Shown in pieces: positions 39,023 to 48,419 of a stretch of DNA of 64,000 nt. This DNA comes from an uncultured Chloroflexia bacterium (GTDB lineage: Bacteria; Chloroflexota; Limnocylindria; Limnocylindrales; CSP1-4). The stretch's first letter is position 1. Each line of letters starts with the position of its first letter. Location: contig CAVVJT010000004.1 in the NCBI GenBank assembly GCA_963748625.1, forward strand, positions 96,001-160,000. Reading direction: 5' to 3'. Position numbers and translations under genes: made by a program. The notes beneath the pieces are model-generated. The model searched no databases, was not told the DNA's origin, and worked only from the letters and a program-made list of their open reading frames with translations.

Positions 39023-40663
39023 TCAGGGGTGGTAGAAGTCCACGACCAGGCGCACCCGGCCACCCGACACCCACACACCGATCCCTGCCCGGTCGTACTT
39101 GGGGTTCATCAGGTTCACGTAGTGCCCGCCGAGGTACGACTTCTCGCTCTGGAAGTACAGGTGCGAGCCCAGGACCGCCGAGTACGGGTTGCCCGACCGG
39201 CAGCCGAGGTTCTCGGCCCAGCGGTAGCTGTCGTAACCCGCCCGCTCCAGGCGGTTGCCCGGATTCCCGCCCACGAAGTGACTGCAGATGCCGCGCGTGG
39301 CCAGGAGCTTCGCGTACGGCCGTGAGACCTCGCTGCTGATCCCGGAACTGAGGGCCAATGGGGCGACGTCGCGACCGCCGGGCGATCGGCAGTCCCCACC
39401 GGATGTCACCCAGCCACCGGTGCGGGTGCAGTTCATGAGCTTGAGGTAGTACGCCTCGACACCGGTCCAGGAGCCCGACACCGCACCTCCGCCGCCGGAG
39501 CGCGGGATGTCCTTCTTGCTGCTCGACGCCGGGGGCGCCGCTGCGGGCTTGGGCTTCGGCTTGGGCTTGGGTTTCTTGGCCACCGTGAACTTGCCGGTCT
39601 CGGCCCGCGCGACCGCCACGCCGGCCTTAGACACGCTGCCCGGGCCAACCGTGGCCACGACCTTCGCGGCATAGGGCAGGGGTTCGGCGGGCCGGAAGAC
39701 CAGGACCTCGCCGGCCTCCGCCCAGAGCACGGTTCCCTTCACGGGCTTGCCGTTGGCGGTCACCTTGAACGCCGCAGCGGTGGCTTTGCGGTTCATCATC
39801 TCGTCGAAGCGGACCGAGATCAGCGCCGAGCGCTCGATGTCTCCCTCGCCCTCACGCGGCCGGAATCGGACGACGGACGGAGCGTCCGCGGTGCGCACCA
39901 CAAGCTCCGGAACGGCCTCGAAGGCGACTCCGTCAGCGTCCTGGAGCCCATCGAGCGCGACCCGGTAGCTGGTCGACGGCGTAAGCGGCTCATCAGGTGT
40001 GAAGACGAAGGTGCCGCGGGCCTCGCCCTCGACCAGCGATCCCGCGACGGCGGGCGTGATCCGGAGCGCGTCCCGCACCACGTCGAGAGCAAGTGGCTTG
40101 TCCAGCGTGATCTTGATGGCGGTGGTGGTCTTGGCCCGCTTGCCGAGGACCCTGGTCGCCTCGAGAGCGACGGTGCCCGGCTTGGATGTCAGGATGACCG
40201 CCCGCAGGGCGGCGGCCAGCGCTCCCCCATCCGCGGCCCGCGCGGCCGTACTCACGGTGATGGTGTACAGGGTGTCAGCGTTCCAGTGGGCAACCGGGGC
40301 GATCGAGAGGGTTCGCGCGTCAGGGCTCCAGGCGAAGCTCACGGCCGCATCCGGGCTGATCCGCAGGGCGGCAGCGACCGTCGCCGGATCCATCGGCGCA
40401 TCGAAGGTGACACGGAAGGGGCGGGTCAGGCCATGACCGGTGGCGACCGTGCCCTGGATGGACGCGGCGACGGGCTCAGGGACGGACTGCCGCACGGCCA
40501 CGCTTGGCGCCGGCGGAAGCCCAGCCATCACCAGGACAGCGATCAGGGTGGCGGCCACGAGACCGGCTCCCGTGCGGCCCGCGACGGACCCTGGCACGAC
40601 CACCGGCAGGTAGACGCGCAGGAGCACCGGGACCGCGAGCAGGATCGCACCCAGCTTCCGCAA
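39023..40663 (-). CDS. Secreted/anchored protein with three Ig-like (Big_5 type) domains and a C-terminal CAP/SCP-like domain
   Basis: Repeated VTFDAPMD / ITLDKPL / VRFDEMMN..F.P..PL patterns; C-terminal RLERAGY..WAENLG..GHYVNLMNPKYDRAGIGV; GGAGG before TTG 40663. Confidence 0.85.
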   Translation of the reverse strand: MRKLGAILLAVPVLLRVYLPVVVPGSVAGRTGAGLVAATLIAVLVMAGLPPAPSVAVRQSVPEPVAASIQGTVATGHGLTRPFRVTFDAPMDPATVAAALRISPDAAVSFAWSPDARTLSIAPVAHWNADTLYTITVSTAARAADGGALAAALRAVILTSKPGTVALEATRVLGKRAKTTTAIKITLDKPLALDVVRDALRITPAVAGSLVEGEARGTFVFTPDEPLTPSTSYRVALDGLQDADGVAFEAVPELVVRTADAPSVVRFRPREGEGDIERSALISVRFDEMMNRKATAAAFKVTANGKPVKGTVLWAEAGEVLVFRPAEPLPYAAKVVATVGPGSVSKAGVAVARAETGKFTVAKKPKPKPKPKPAAAPPASSSKKDIPRSGGGGAVSGSWTGVEAYYLKLMNCTRTGGWVTSGGDCRSPGGRDVAPLALSSGISSEVSRPYAKLLATRGICSHFVGGNPGNRLERAGYDSYRWAENLGCRSGNPYSAVLGSHLYFQSEKSYLGGHYVNLMNPKYDRAGIGVWVSGGRVRLVVDFYHP

Positions 40664-40780
40664 TACGTCTACCTCCAACTGCCCAGCCGGGTGCCGCCGT
40701 CACGCGGGACCGGCCCCGGGGACGAGACGAGCTCGTGCTGGGACGGCCGGGGATGGGCGGAGGGTACCACCGGGTTCCAC

Positions 40781-40808
40781 GGTCGGGCAACCGTCAGCAT
40801 GCCCGACC
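40781..40808 (-). terminator. Hairpin downstream of dprA
   Basis: ggtcgggca-N10-tgcccgacc perfect 9-bp stem; no U-tract. Confidence 0.4.
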
Positions 40809-40837
40809 GCACCACCGGGCGGCGGTCAACCTCACCA

Positions 40838-42193
40838 TCACGCTGCCGTCCGCCGTATCCCCTTGCCCACCGTCGGCAGCGTGGGCCGGGGAGGAACGGT
40901 GCCTTCGAGCAGGCCTGTTGCCCGATAGCGAGCGAACGTCTCAACGACCAGCCCTCGCACCTCGAGGCCGGTCAGCGCCGCCAGCACGGTGGCAGGGGCA
41001 AGGCCCGTGGCGGCGGCGACCGCGTCCGCCGTGGCGGGTCCATCCTGCAGTTGCCGGGCGATCAACCGCTCGGTGGACGGGAGGTCCGCGAGCGGATCCG
41101 CGAGCCCCCGATGCATGGAGTCCGGGGCCAGGTAGCCGAGGTCCTCCAGCAGCTCCGGAACGCCCGCGATGACACGCGCCTCGGGACCCGCTTCACGCAG
41201 GAAGGCCAGGCTTCCGGCGACCGTGGGGTCGTCGGGCCGGCCTGGGACCAGGTGCAGCCCCCTGCCCTGTTCCAGCGCCCAGGCAGCTGTCGTGAGGGCA
41301 CCGCTCCGCGCGCCCGCCTCCACGACCACGGTTGCGTCTGCAAGGCCGCTGATCAGGCGATTGCGGCGCGGGAAGCTGCTCCTGGACGGTCGGGTGTCCG
41401 GCGCGAACTCGCTCAGGATGGCGCCCCCACCGTCGACGATCTGCTGAGCGAGTCCGCGGTGTCCGGCCGGGTAGAGGCGCGCGTGCCCCCCGCCGATGAC
41501 GGCCACCGTGGGCGTCTCGTTCCGCACGGCCGTCGCATGCGCGGCCCCGTCGATGCCCAGCGCCAGCCCCGACACCACGGTCGCGCCATGGGCACCGACC
41601 GCCTCCGCGATGCGGCAGGCGATCGTCCGACCCGCGGCGGTGGGACGACGCGTGCCCACGATGGCCACGGCACGCATCCGATCCAGGGCTGCGACCGATC
41701 CGCGCAGGAACAGCACTGGCGGTGGCAGCTCGACAGCACGCAGCCTCGATGGATAGGCATCATCCGCGAGGAGGATGACGTCGACACCGGCTCTGCGGAC
41801 GACCGCCAGGCGCTGCTCGGAATCGCGCGCCGCCGCCACGACCTCGGCAGCCGCCTCCGGGTCCAGGTGCCAGGCGCCACCGTCGCGCGTTCCGGCGGTG
41901 ACCACGAGGCCGGGGGCGCCTGCCGGTCCCCGAGCGGCCGCCAGCACGCTTCGCGCGGAGCCGTACGCTGCAAGCAGGCGGCCGAACGTCACCGGGCCTA
42001 CGCCATCCGCGCTCGCGAGCACCACCCAGGCCTCGCGTTCCCCATCGTCCACGCCCGATGGGGAGTCGCCCTGGGTCACCCGGGCCGGCGACAACGCCGT
42101 CTGCCCTGGCCTCGACACCGATCCGGGACGCGGTCCGCCGCCTCCCTCGGCCTCCGCACGCCCGAGCGGCCCACGACGTCCCACCCCGAGCAT
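40838..42193 (-). CDS. dprA: DNA processing protein DprA
   Basis: YPSRL..PPPVLFLRG, VAIVGTR, VVSGLALGIDGAAH, FPRRNRLISGL, VEAGARSGAL, C-terminal winged helix; TGATG coupling to comM. Confidence 0.95.
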   Translation of the reverse strand: MLGVGRRGPLGRAEAEGGGGPRPGSVSRPGQTALSPARVTQGDSPSGVDDGEREAWVVLASADGVGPVTFGRLLAAYGSARSVLAAARGPAGAPGLVVTAGTRDGGAWHLDPEAAAEVVAAARDSEQRLAVVRRAGVDVILLADDAYPSRLRAVELPPPVLFLRGSVAALDRMRAVAIVGTRRPTAAGRTIACRIAEAVGAHGATVVSGLALGIDGAAHATAVRNETPTVAVIGGGHARLYPAGHRGLAQQIVDGGGAILSEFAPDTRPSRSSFPRRNRLISGLADATVVVEAGARSGALTTAAWALEQGRGLHLVPGRPDDPTVAGSLAFLREAGPEARVIAGVPELLEDLGYLAPDSMHRGLADPLADLPSTERLIARQLQDGPATADAVAAATGLAPATVLAALTGLEVRGLVVETFARYRATGLLEGTVPPRPTLPTVGKGIRRTAA

Positions 42194-43761
42194 CAGCCGG
42201 CCGCCTGCAGGATGCCGCGATCGGCCGGCGCCCGGAAGCGCGCCGCCTCATCGAGATGGCGGGGCTCCACGACCACGGAGCCCTCCAGGTCCGCGATCGT
42301 CCGCGCTACCCGCAGCAGCCGGTCGGTTCCCCGACCCGACATTCGCTCGCGGTCCGCAAGCGCGGTCGCACGGCTGACGGCATCCGTGTCGAGCTGGCAG
42401 TGCGCCCGGAGGCGACGACCGGCGACGCGCCCGTTCGGCTGCGCTCCTGGCCGTGCCCGCTGGATGTCCCGTGCTGCGGCGATCCGCGCCGCAACGGCCG
42501 CGGAGGACTCGGGAGCGCCCGGCGCGAGAAGGACTGCGGGCGGCACGCGATCAACGGTCACCCACAGGTCGATCCGGTCTCGCAGCGGCCCGGAGATCCG
42601 CCGCTGGTAGCGCTCCGGCACACCCGGCGGACAGAGGCAGGTGCCGTCCAGCGACCCGTACTGGCCGCACGGGCACGCGTTCATCGCCGCGACGAAGGTG
42701 AACCGGGCGGGGAACACGCCGGCCCTGCCCACGCGCACAACTGATACCGCTCCGTCCTCGAGCGGCTGGCGCAGCGCTTCGAGGACGTCTCGGCCGAACT
42801 CCGGCAGCTCGTCGCAGAACAGGACGCCCTGGTCGGCCAGGGTGACCTCGCCCGGCGAGAGCCGCGGGCCTCCGCCCACCATGCCGGCATAGCTGGTCGT
42901 GTGGTGGGGCGCCCGGAACGGCGGCCTCCGGACCAGTGCCTCCACCGGCGCCTCGCTGCTGGCCGAGGCGACGACGGTCGCCTCGAGTGCCGCTTGGTCG
43001 TCCAGGTCGGGCAGGAGCCCCGGGATGGTGCTCGCGATCAGTGTCTTGCCTGATCCGGGCGGACCGACGAGCACCAGCGGATGACTCCCGGCAAGCGCGA
43101 TCTCCAGAGCACGGCGCGCCTGCAGCTGCCCGCGCACATCGCTGAGGTCCGGGGCGGGAGCATCCGCGGGTCCCTGCACCGCGGGGCCAGTGGGATCGAT
43201 CGTCACAGCGACGTCCGCACGCGGCAGGGCGACAGGGGCTGCACGGCGCGCGCGCGGCGACCGGAGTGCCGCTGCCGCTTCGGCAAGGTCCGCCGCCGGG
43301 ACCAGGTCGAGGCCGGGTGCGAGCGAGGCCTCGCGCTCCGCCTCGGCCGGGACCACGACACGACGCACGCCGCGCGCAGCCAGGGCCATGCACATGGGCA
43401 GGAGCCCCGGCACCCGCCGAACCTCCCCACCGAGGCCGAGCTCTCCGATGACGCCCACCCGTCCCCTGCCGGCCCGCAACTGTTCGGATCCCAGCAGGAT
43501 CCCGAGCGCGATCGCAAGGTCCAGGGAAGCGCCAGCCTTGCGCAATTCGGCGGGTGCGAGGTTCACGGTGATGCGCCGCGGCGGGTGGTGGAAGCCCGAG
43601 TTGCGCAGCGCGCCCCGCACCCGCTCGCGCGCCTCCGACAATGCCGCGTCGGGCAGGCCGACGATCGTGAAGCCCGGCAGCCCGGGGGCGACATCGACCT
43701 CGACGCGGACGACGCGCCCTGCGATGCCGTGGAGGGTTGCGGAGAGGAGGGTGGCAAGCAC
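42193..43761 (-). CDS. comM: YifB/ComM Mg-chelatase-like AAA+ helicase
   Basis: VGLPDAALSEARERVR, ITVNLAPA, GPPGSGKT, PFRAPHH, PGEVTLA, DELPEF, NACPCG, ISGPLRDRID. Confidence 0.95.
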   Translation of the reverse strand: MLATLLSATLHGIAGRVVRVEVDVAPGLPGFTIVGLPDAALSEARERVRGALRNSGFHHPPRRITVNLAPAELRKAGASLDLAIALGILLGSEQLRAGRGRVGVIGELGLGGEVRRVPGLLPMCMALAARGVRRVVVPAEAEREASLAPGLDLVPAADLAEAAAALRSPRARRAAPVALPRADVAVTIDPTGPAVQGPADAPAPDLSDVRGQLQARRALEIALAGSHPLVLVGPPGSGKTLIASTIPGLLPDLDDQAALEATVVASASSEAPVEALVRRPPFRAPHHTTSYAGMVGGGPRLSPGEVTLADQGVLFCDELPEFGRDVLEALRQPLEDGAVSVVRVGRAGVFPARFTFVAAMNACPCGQYGSLDGTCLCPPGVPERYQRRISGPLRDRIDLWVTVDRVPPAVLLAPGAPESSAAVAARIAAARDIQRARPGAQPNGRVAGRRLRAHCQLDTDAVSRATALADRERMSGRGTDRLLRVARTIADLEGSVVVEPRHLDEAARFRAPADRGILQAAG

Positions 43762-43768
43762 GAGTCCG

Positions 43769-43821
43769 ACGGTAGGTTCCGGTGCTTGTCTGTCGCTTAG
43801 ACCGTGCTTATGTGCCGCTTA
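43769..43821 (-). promoter_or_regulatory. comM promoter: -10 TACCGT and four (T/C)AAGC boxes at exact 11-bp spacing
   Basis: Plus-strand GCTT(A/G) at 43784, 43795, 43806 and 43817; the -10 at 43769-43774 is 7 nt before the GTG. Confidence 0.65.
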
Positions 43822-43877
43822 TCCGGCCACAACCCGGTCGCCGCGACCTGGCGGTCGATGAGCCGCAGGAGCGTCGC

Positions 43878-45050
43878 TCAGCGACCCGTGGACGGTGCGA
43901 GGAGGCCAGCGGCCTGCGCGGCCCCCTTGTCCACGGCCTTCGCAAACTCCAGCACCGAGCGCCCGAGCACCGAGTCCGGCTTGTCGGTCATGATCGGCGC
44001 ACCGGTGTTCAGCGCGGAGATCGCGCCGCGGTACTCGTTGACCACCTGGAACTCGATGGGCCGACGAAGGGCGCCCTCGGCGCTCTTCACGTTGATGCCG
44101 GTGAACGCGTTCGAGCGGTTGAGCACCAGCTTCAGCTTGCTCTGCTCGTAGCCCAGGTGGCCGATCGTCTGGAGGAGCAGACGCACGTTCTTGAGGCAGG
44201 AGAGATCCGCCGTCATGACCGCGAAGATCGTGTCGGCGACATCAAGGACCATCAGGTTGAGATCGTCGAGGCGCTTGTCGATATCCACGATGACGTAGTC
44301 GTACATGCCTGCGAGGATGTCCAGCACCCGCGCCATGTGCGCGGAGGTGACGAGGTCCGCGGTCTCGGGCGTCGGCGGCGCGAGGAGCAGGTCCATGCCC
44401 GAGTCGTGCTTCTGGACGATGCTGCGGGCAAGATCGGCGTCCATCGCTGGGGCGGTGACCAGGTCGACGATGCTACGGCGATCGTTGCCAAGGTCGAGGA
44501 ACACGCGGTGGTCCCCGAACTGCAGGTTGCCATCCACCAGGCACACGCGACGGCCCATGCCCTGCAGGGCGATGGCCGCGTTGATCGCGATGGTCGTGGT
44601 GCCCACGCCGCCCTTCGCGCCGTAGTAGGCGTGGATCCGGCCCATGGGCGGCCGGCCGACGAGCGCCTCCGATGGCGAGAAGCGCGCAATGAGCGACTTC
44701 ATGCGCGCGATCAGCTCTGCGGGATGGAACGGCTTGACGAGGTAGTCGTCGGCGCCGGCCCGCAGCGCGCGAACCTTCAGCTGCACGTCGCGGTCGGTGG
44801 TCAGCATGATGATCGGGACGTGGCGGGTTCCGGCCTCGTCGGCACGGATCCGGGTGGCGACCTCGTAGCCGTCGAGCGCGCGCACCGTTGCGTCCAGCAG
44901 GATCAGCGAGGGCGCCTCCGAGGTCGCGAGGCGCAGGCCCTCGGCGCCGTCGGTGGCGACGACGACCTCGTACCCCTCCTGGGCGAGCGTGGCCTGCAGG
45001 AGCCGCTGGACGCTCGCGTCGTCATCGACGACCAGGACCTTCCCCGCCAT
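43878..45050 (-). CDS. Receiver domain plus CpaE/TadZ (MinD-like) ATPase
   Basis: REC: VLVVDDD, LILLD, GADDYLVKPF; ATPase: AKGGVGTTT, LVDGNLQFGD, LVLNR, ALNTGAP. Confidence 0.9.
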   Translation of the reverse strand: MAGKVLVVDDDASVQRLLQATLAQEGYEVVVATDGAEGLRLATSEAPSLILLDATVRALDGYEVATRIRADEAGTRHVPIIMLTTDRDVQLKVRALRAGADDYLVKPFHPAELIARMKSLIARFSPSEALVGRPPMGRIHAYYGAKGGVGTTTIAINAAIALQGMGRRVCLVDGNLQFGDHRVFLDLGNDRRSIVDLVTAPAMDADLARSIVQKHDSGMDLLLAPPTPETADLVTSAHMARVLDILAGMYDYVIVDIDKRLDDLNLMVLDVADTIFAVMTADLSCLKNVRLLLQTIGHLGYEQSKLKLVLNRSNAFTGINVKSAEGALRRPIEFQVVNEYRGAISALNTGAPIMTDKPDSVLGRSVLEFAKAVDKGAAQAAGLLAPSTGR

Positions 45051-45165
45051 GCGCCCTCCAGTGCTCCCCGTCCGGCGCGCCTCGGCGCCGGTTCATGGGC
45101 AGCAGTATAGAGGTGCGGCGCTGGGGAGCCGGCGCTCGCGGGTCACCGTGCGCCGGGGACGGCGA

Positions 45166-46071
45166 TCAGCTTCCGGCCTTGCCGTCTCCGACGGAGGTGA
45201 GCGTCGCCGACTGGACGTAGCCGCCGATCTTCTGCGCCAGGTCCAGGAACTCGGTCGGGATCACGAACTTGGTGGACGGGCTGGCGCCGAGCGCCTTGAG
45301 CGCCTCGAGGTACTGGAGCGTGAGCGTCTTGTCGTCGACGAGGCGGGCGGCACTGTAGATCCGCTCCAGCGCCTGGCTGAAGCCCTCGGCCTTGAGGATG
45401 GCGGCCTGCCGCTCACCCTCGGCCTTGAGGATCTCCGACTGCTTCTGGCCCTCGGCGACGTTGATGGCGGACTGGCGCAAGCCCTCGGACTCGGTGATGA
45501 CCGCCCGACGCGTTCGCTCCGCGGAGAGCTGGCGGTTCATCGCGTCCTGGACGTCGCGCGGCGGCGTGATCTCGCGGATCTCCACCGTCGTGATCTTGCC
45601 GCCCCAGCGCTCGGTCACCTCGTCGAGCTTCGTGCGCAGGACCTCGTTGATCTGCTCGCGCTTGGACAGGACGTCGTCAAGCAGGATGTCGCCGATCACT
45701 GCGCGCAGGGTCGTGGTCGCCACGCCCTGGAGGGCGCCCGGGAAGTTCTGGACGTTGACGACGCTGCGCAGGGCATCCGAGATGCGCCAGTAGATGAGGA
45801 AGTCGACGCTGATCGGCGCGTTGTCCTTGGTGATCGTGGTCTGGCTCGGGACCTCGATGAACTGCTCACGCATGTCAACCTTGACCGGCCTGTCGACGAT
45901 CGGGACGAGGAAGCGCAGGCCCGGCCCACGGACCATCGCCTCATTCGTCTTGCCCAGCCGGAACACGACAAGCTGCTCGTACTGCTGCACCACGCGGACC
46001 GACAGGTACAGGATCGTGAGGATGATGACGGCGAGGAAGAGCAGGGTGGCGAGGAAGACGATGAGCGGCAT
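45166..46071 (-). CDS. SPFH/stomatin family protein
   Basis: VVFRLGK, ITKDNAPISVD, TTLRAVIG..LDDVLSKREQIN, AERTRRAVITESEG, LQYLEAL. Confidence 0.95.
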   Translation of the reverse strand: MPLIVFLATLLFLAVIILTILYLSVRVVQQYEQLVVFRLGKTNEAMVRGPGLRFLVPIVDRPVKVDMREQFIEVPSQTTITKDNAPISVDFLIYWRISDALRSVVNVQNFPGALQGVATTTLRAVIGDILLDDVLSKREQINEVLRTKLDEVTERWGGKITTVEIREITPPRDVQDAMNRQLSAERTRRAVITESEGLRQSAINVAEGQKQSEILKAEGERQAAILKAEGFSQALERIYSAARLVDDKTLTLQYLEALKALGASPSTKFVIPTEFLDLAQKIGGYVQSATLTSVGDGKAGS

Positions 46072-46086
46072 GGCAGGCCTCCGTGC

Positions 46087-46806
46087 CTAGGGCCGGGTGG
46101 TGACCGGCGGGCCGGCCGGTGATGGATCGGGAGCAGGTGGGGGTTGTGGCGGCAGCGCAGTGAGGGCCGGGTCGTCGACCTCCACGATGGCGATCAGACC
46201 GTCGAGCTCGAGGAGCCGGACGGGCGTGTCACGTGGCACGAGCCGCTCATCGGGCGTCCGGGCGGTCCAACTCTCGCCGCCGAGCTGCACGGTGCCAATG
46301 GGGGCGAGGGGCGCCTGCACGATGCCGGGCGTTCCGGGCGGCAGGACGGTGCCGATGGTCCCGGGGGTCGCCTTCATCCCCTTCGTCCGGACAGCCGCCC
46401 ATGCGATGCCGAAGCCCGCCAGCGCTGCGACACCCGCCACGAGCACGATCACCTGGGTCGACACGACGACCGGCCCGCCGGGAGGCGGCGGCGTCACGCT
46501 GTAGATCATCTGGGCACCGATCACGATCGCCACGACCCCCGCGATGGTCAGCAGCCCGTGACTGGTGATCTGCGTCTCGAGCACGAACAGGACGAGGCCC
46601 AGCGCGATCACGGCCACGCCCCACCAGTTGACCGGCAGCGAGCTGAAGCCGATCAAGGCCAGGATCAGGAGCACGACGCCCGCGATGCCGCCGAGGATCG
46701 TGGGGTTGACCAGTTCGATCGTCAGCAGGATGGCGCCCGCCATGAACAACAGGAACGCGACGTCGGGGTTGGAGAGCCCCTGCGCAAGACCCGCGAGTGC
46801 ATCCAT
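46087..46806 (-). CDS. NfeD family protein (membrane plus OB domain, no N-terminal protease domain)
   Basis: NPDVAFLL, multiple TM segments, LAPIGTVQLGGESWTAR; upstream of stomatin. Confidence 0.9.
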   Translation of the reverse strand: MDALAGLAQGLSNPDVAFLLFMAGAILLTIELVNPTILGGIAGVVLLILALIGFSSLPVNWWGVAVIALGLVLFVLETQITSHGLLTIAGVVAIVIGAQMIYSVTPPPPGGPVVVSTQVIVLVAGVAALAGFGIAWAAVRTKGMKATPGTIGTVLPPGTPGIVQAPLAPIGTVQLGGESWTARTPDERLVPRDTPVRLLELDGLIAIVEVDDPALTALPPQPPPAPDPSPAGPPVTTRP

Positions 46807-46868
46807 CTCGTGGCGAGTATCCCACCTTGCGGGCCCGGGGTCGCGTGCCGCTCCTCCCGCGTTCGCAG

Positions 46869-47447
46869 TCACCCGGTCAGGGCGTCGAAGGCCAGGCGGC
46901 TCCAGGTCTCGAGATGGTCGCGGACGGCCTCGACCTCGGCGGTCGTCGCGAAGGTGCCGGTCAGCTTCTCCGTCTCGCGGATCGCGACCGGGCGGCCTCC
47001 CGCGTCCGCGATGTAGACGAACCCGACATGGACCGCGCCCACCGCCGTCGTGTCGTCGTTGAGCAGGCCCACCGGCGCATAGTCGGGTTCGAACGCGGCC
47101 TCGACCTCCTCCGCCCACTCGCGGGCCAGGCCCCCGGCCACGTCGCCGTCGCCTGGATTGAGATGCCCGCCCACACCGATGGACCATAGGTCGTGGAGCC
47201 GGGCGTCACCGCCCGCCCTGGTCCGGCGCATCAGGAACCAGCGTTCGCCGTCGCGCAGCACCAGGTACGGGATGACCTGCTTGAAGGACGGGTCCTCCTC
47301 CGCGTCGCCACGGCGCATGAACCGCCCGTCACGAGCGACCACTGCGAGCGCGTCGGCCAGGTCCCCGCGGCGCACTCCGAGCCATCCATCTCCAGGCACG
47401 AGCGCCGGACGCGGAACGACCAGTACCAGCTCGTCGGGGTTGCCCAC
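46869..47447 (-). CDS. NUDIX-family phosphoesterase-like protein
   Basis: AEEDPSFKQVIPY, RLHDLWSIGVGGHLN, GLAREWAEEV, VGAVHVG, LETWS. Confidence 0.88.
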   Translation of the reverse strand: MGNPDELVLVVPRPALVPGDGWLGVRRGDLADALAVVARDGRFMRRGDAEEDPSFKQVIPYLVLRDGERWFLMRRTRAGGDARLHDLWSIGVGGHLNPGDGDVAGGLAREWAEEVEAAFEPDYAPVGLLNDDTTAVGAVHVGFVYIADAGGRPVAIRETEKLTGTFATTAEVEAVRDHLETWSRLAFDALTG

Positions 47448-47449
47448 GG

Positions 47450-48331
47450 TCAGCGATCCCCCTCCAGCCGCGCCCGTGCGGCGGCCAGCCGGTCCTGGAG
47501 GGCGGCGGCATCGGGTCCAGCTGGTGTATCAAGCTCTGCGATCCAGGCGTCGATCCGCTCCCGGTACGCACGCAGGACGGGCACGATGGCCGCGGCATTC
47601 GACGCCGCGATCTGGGCGCCCATCGTCACATCGCCGCGCGCGAGCCTCGTGGTGTCGCGCCACCCGGTCGCCGCAAGGCGCGATGCGGCCTCCCAGTCCG
47701 GAGCGGGCTCCGGGCCGGTCCCGGTGACAGCCTCGACCAGGGCCACGGACGTCAGGAGCGGGACATGGCTGATGGATGCGACCAGCCGGTCGTGCCGGCC
47801 GGATTCGAGCGTCACCGGGATCGCCCCGCACGTGAGCGCGACGTCATGGACGGGCGCAGGATCGCCCCCGCCAACGGCCTCGGTGATCACCCATGGGCGC
47901 CCGCGGAACAGGTCCGCGTCCGCGGCGTCGAAGCCCGAGGTCTCGCGACCCGCCATCGGGTGTCCACCGACGAAGGGAATGCGGGCCTCGCGGGCCGCAG
48001 CCGTGATGGCGGCCTTGGTCGAGGCGACGTCGGTGACCGTACAACCGGGTGCGAGGACACCGGCGCCCCCGTCCTGCGCTCCGAGCCAGGTCACGAGGTG
48101 CACGCAGGCCAGCGGCGGAGCGGCGAGGATCACCAGCGCGGCGTCGTCGACGGCGTCGCCCGGCGAGCTCGCGGCCTCGTCGAGGACCCCAGCGCGATGG
48201 GCCGCGGCCGGCCCAGCGCCCGACGGGGTCCATGCCACGAGCTGCCAGCGCCTGCCGCCAGGATCGACGGTCCGCAGGGCATGCGCGACCGAGCCACCGA
48301 TGAGCCCGAAGCCGAGGAAGGCGATCCGCAT
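47450..48331 (-). CDS. tyrA: Prephenate/arogenate dehydrogenase
   Basis: GFGLIGGS, TDVASTK, GGHPMAGRE, HDRLVASISHVP, DTTRLA. Confidence 0.92.
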   Translation of the reverse strand: MRIAFLGFGLIGGSVAHALRTVDPGGRRWQLVAWTPSGAGPAAAHRAGVLDEAASSPGDAVDDAALVILAAPPLACVHLVTWLGAQDGGAGVLAPGCTVTDVASTKAAITAAAREARIPFVGGHPMAGRETSGFDAADADLFRGRPWVITEAVGGGDPAPVHDVALTCGAIPVTLESGRHDRLVASISHVPLLTSVALVEAVTGTGPEPAPDWEAASRLAATGWRDTTRLARGDVTMGAQIAASNAAAIVPVLRAYRERIDAWIAELDTPAGPDAAALQDRLAAARARLEGDR

Positions 48332-48419
48332 CTTCGGATTATCGCGGGTGATCGGCTACGGCGAACGCTGTAGACTCGCAGGCAGCTGCTCATCCCTCGA
48401 ATCCCGCTCGATCCACAGA

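Noticed and set aside
40680-40780. Possible riboswitch (for example c-di-AMP) upstream of the Ig/CAP gene
   Set aside because: I could not recognise the conserved riboswitch core sequences, only generic GC-rich pairing.
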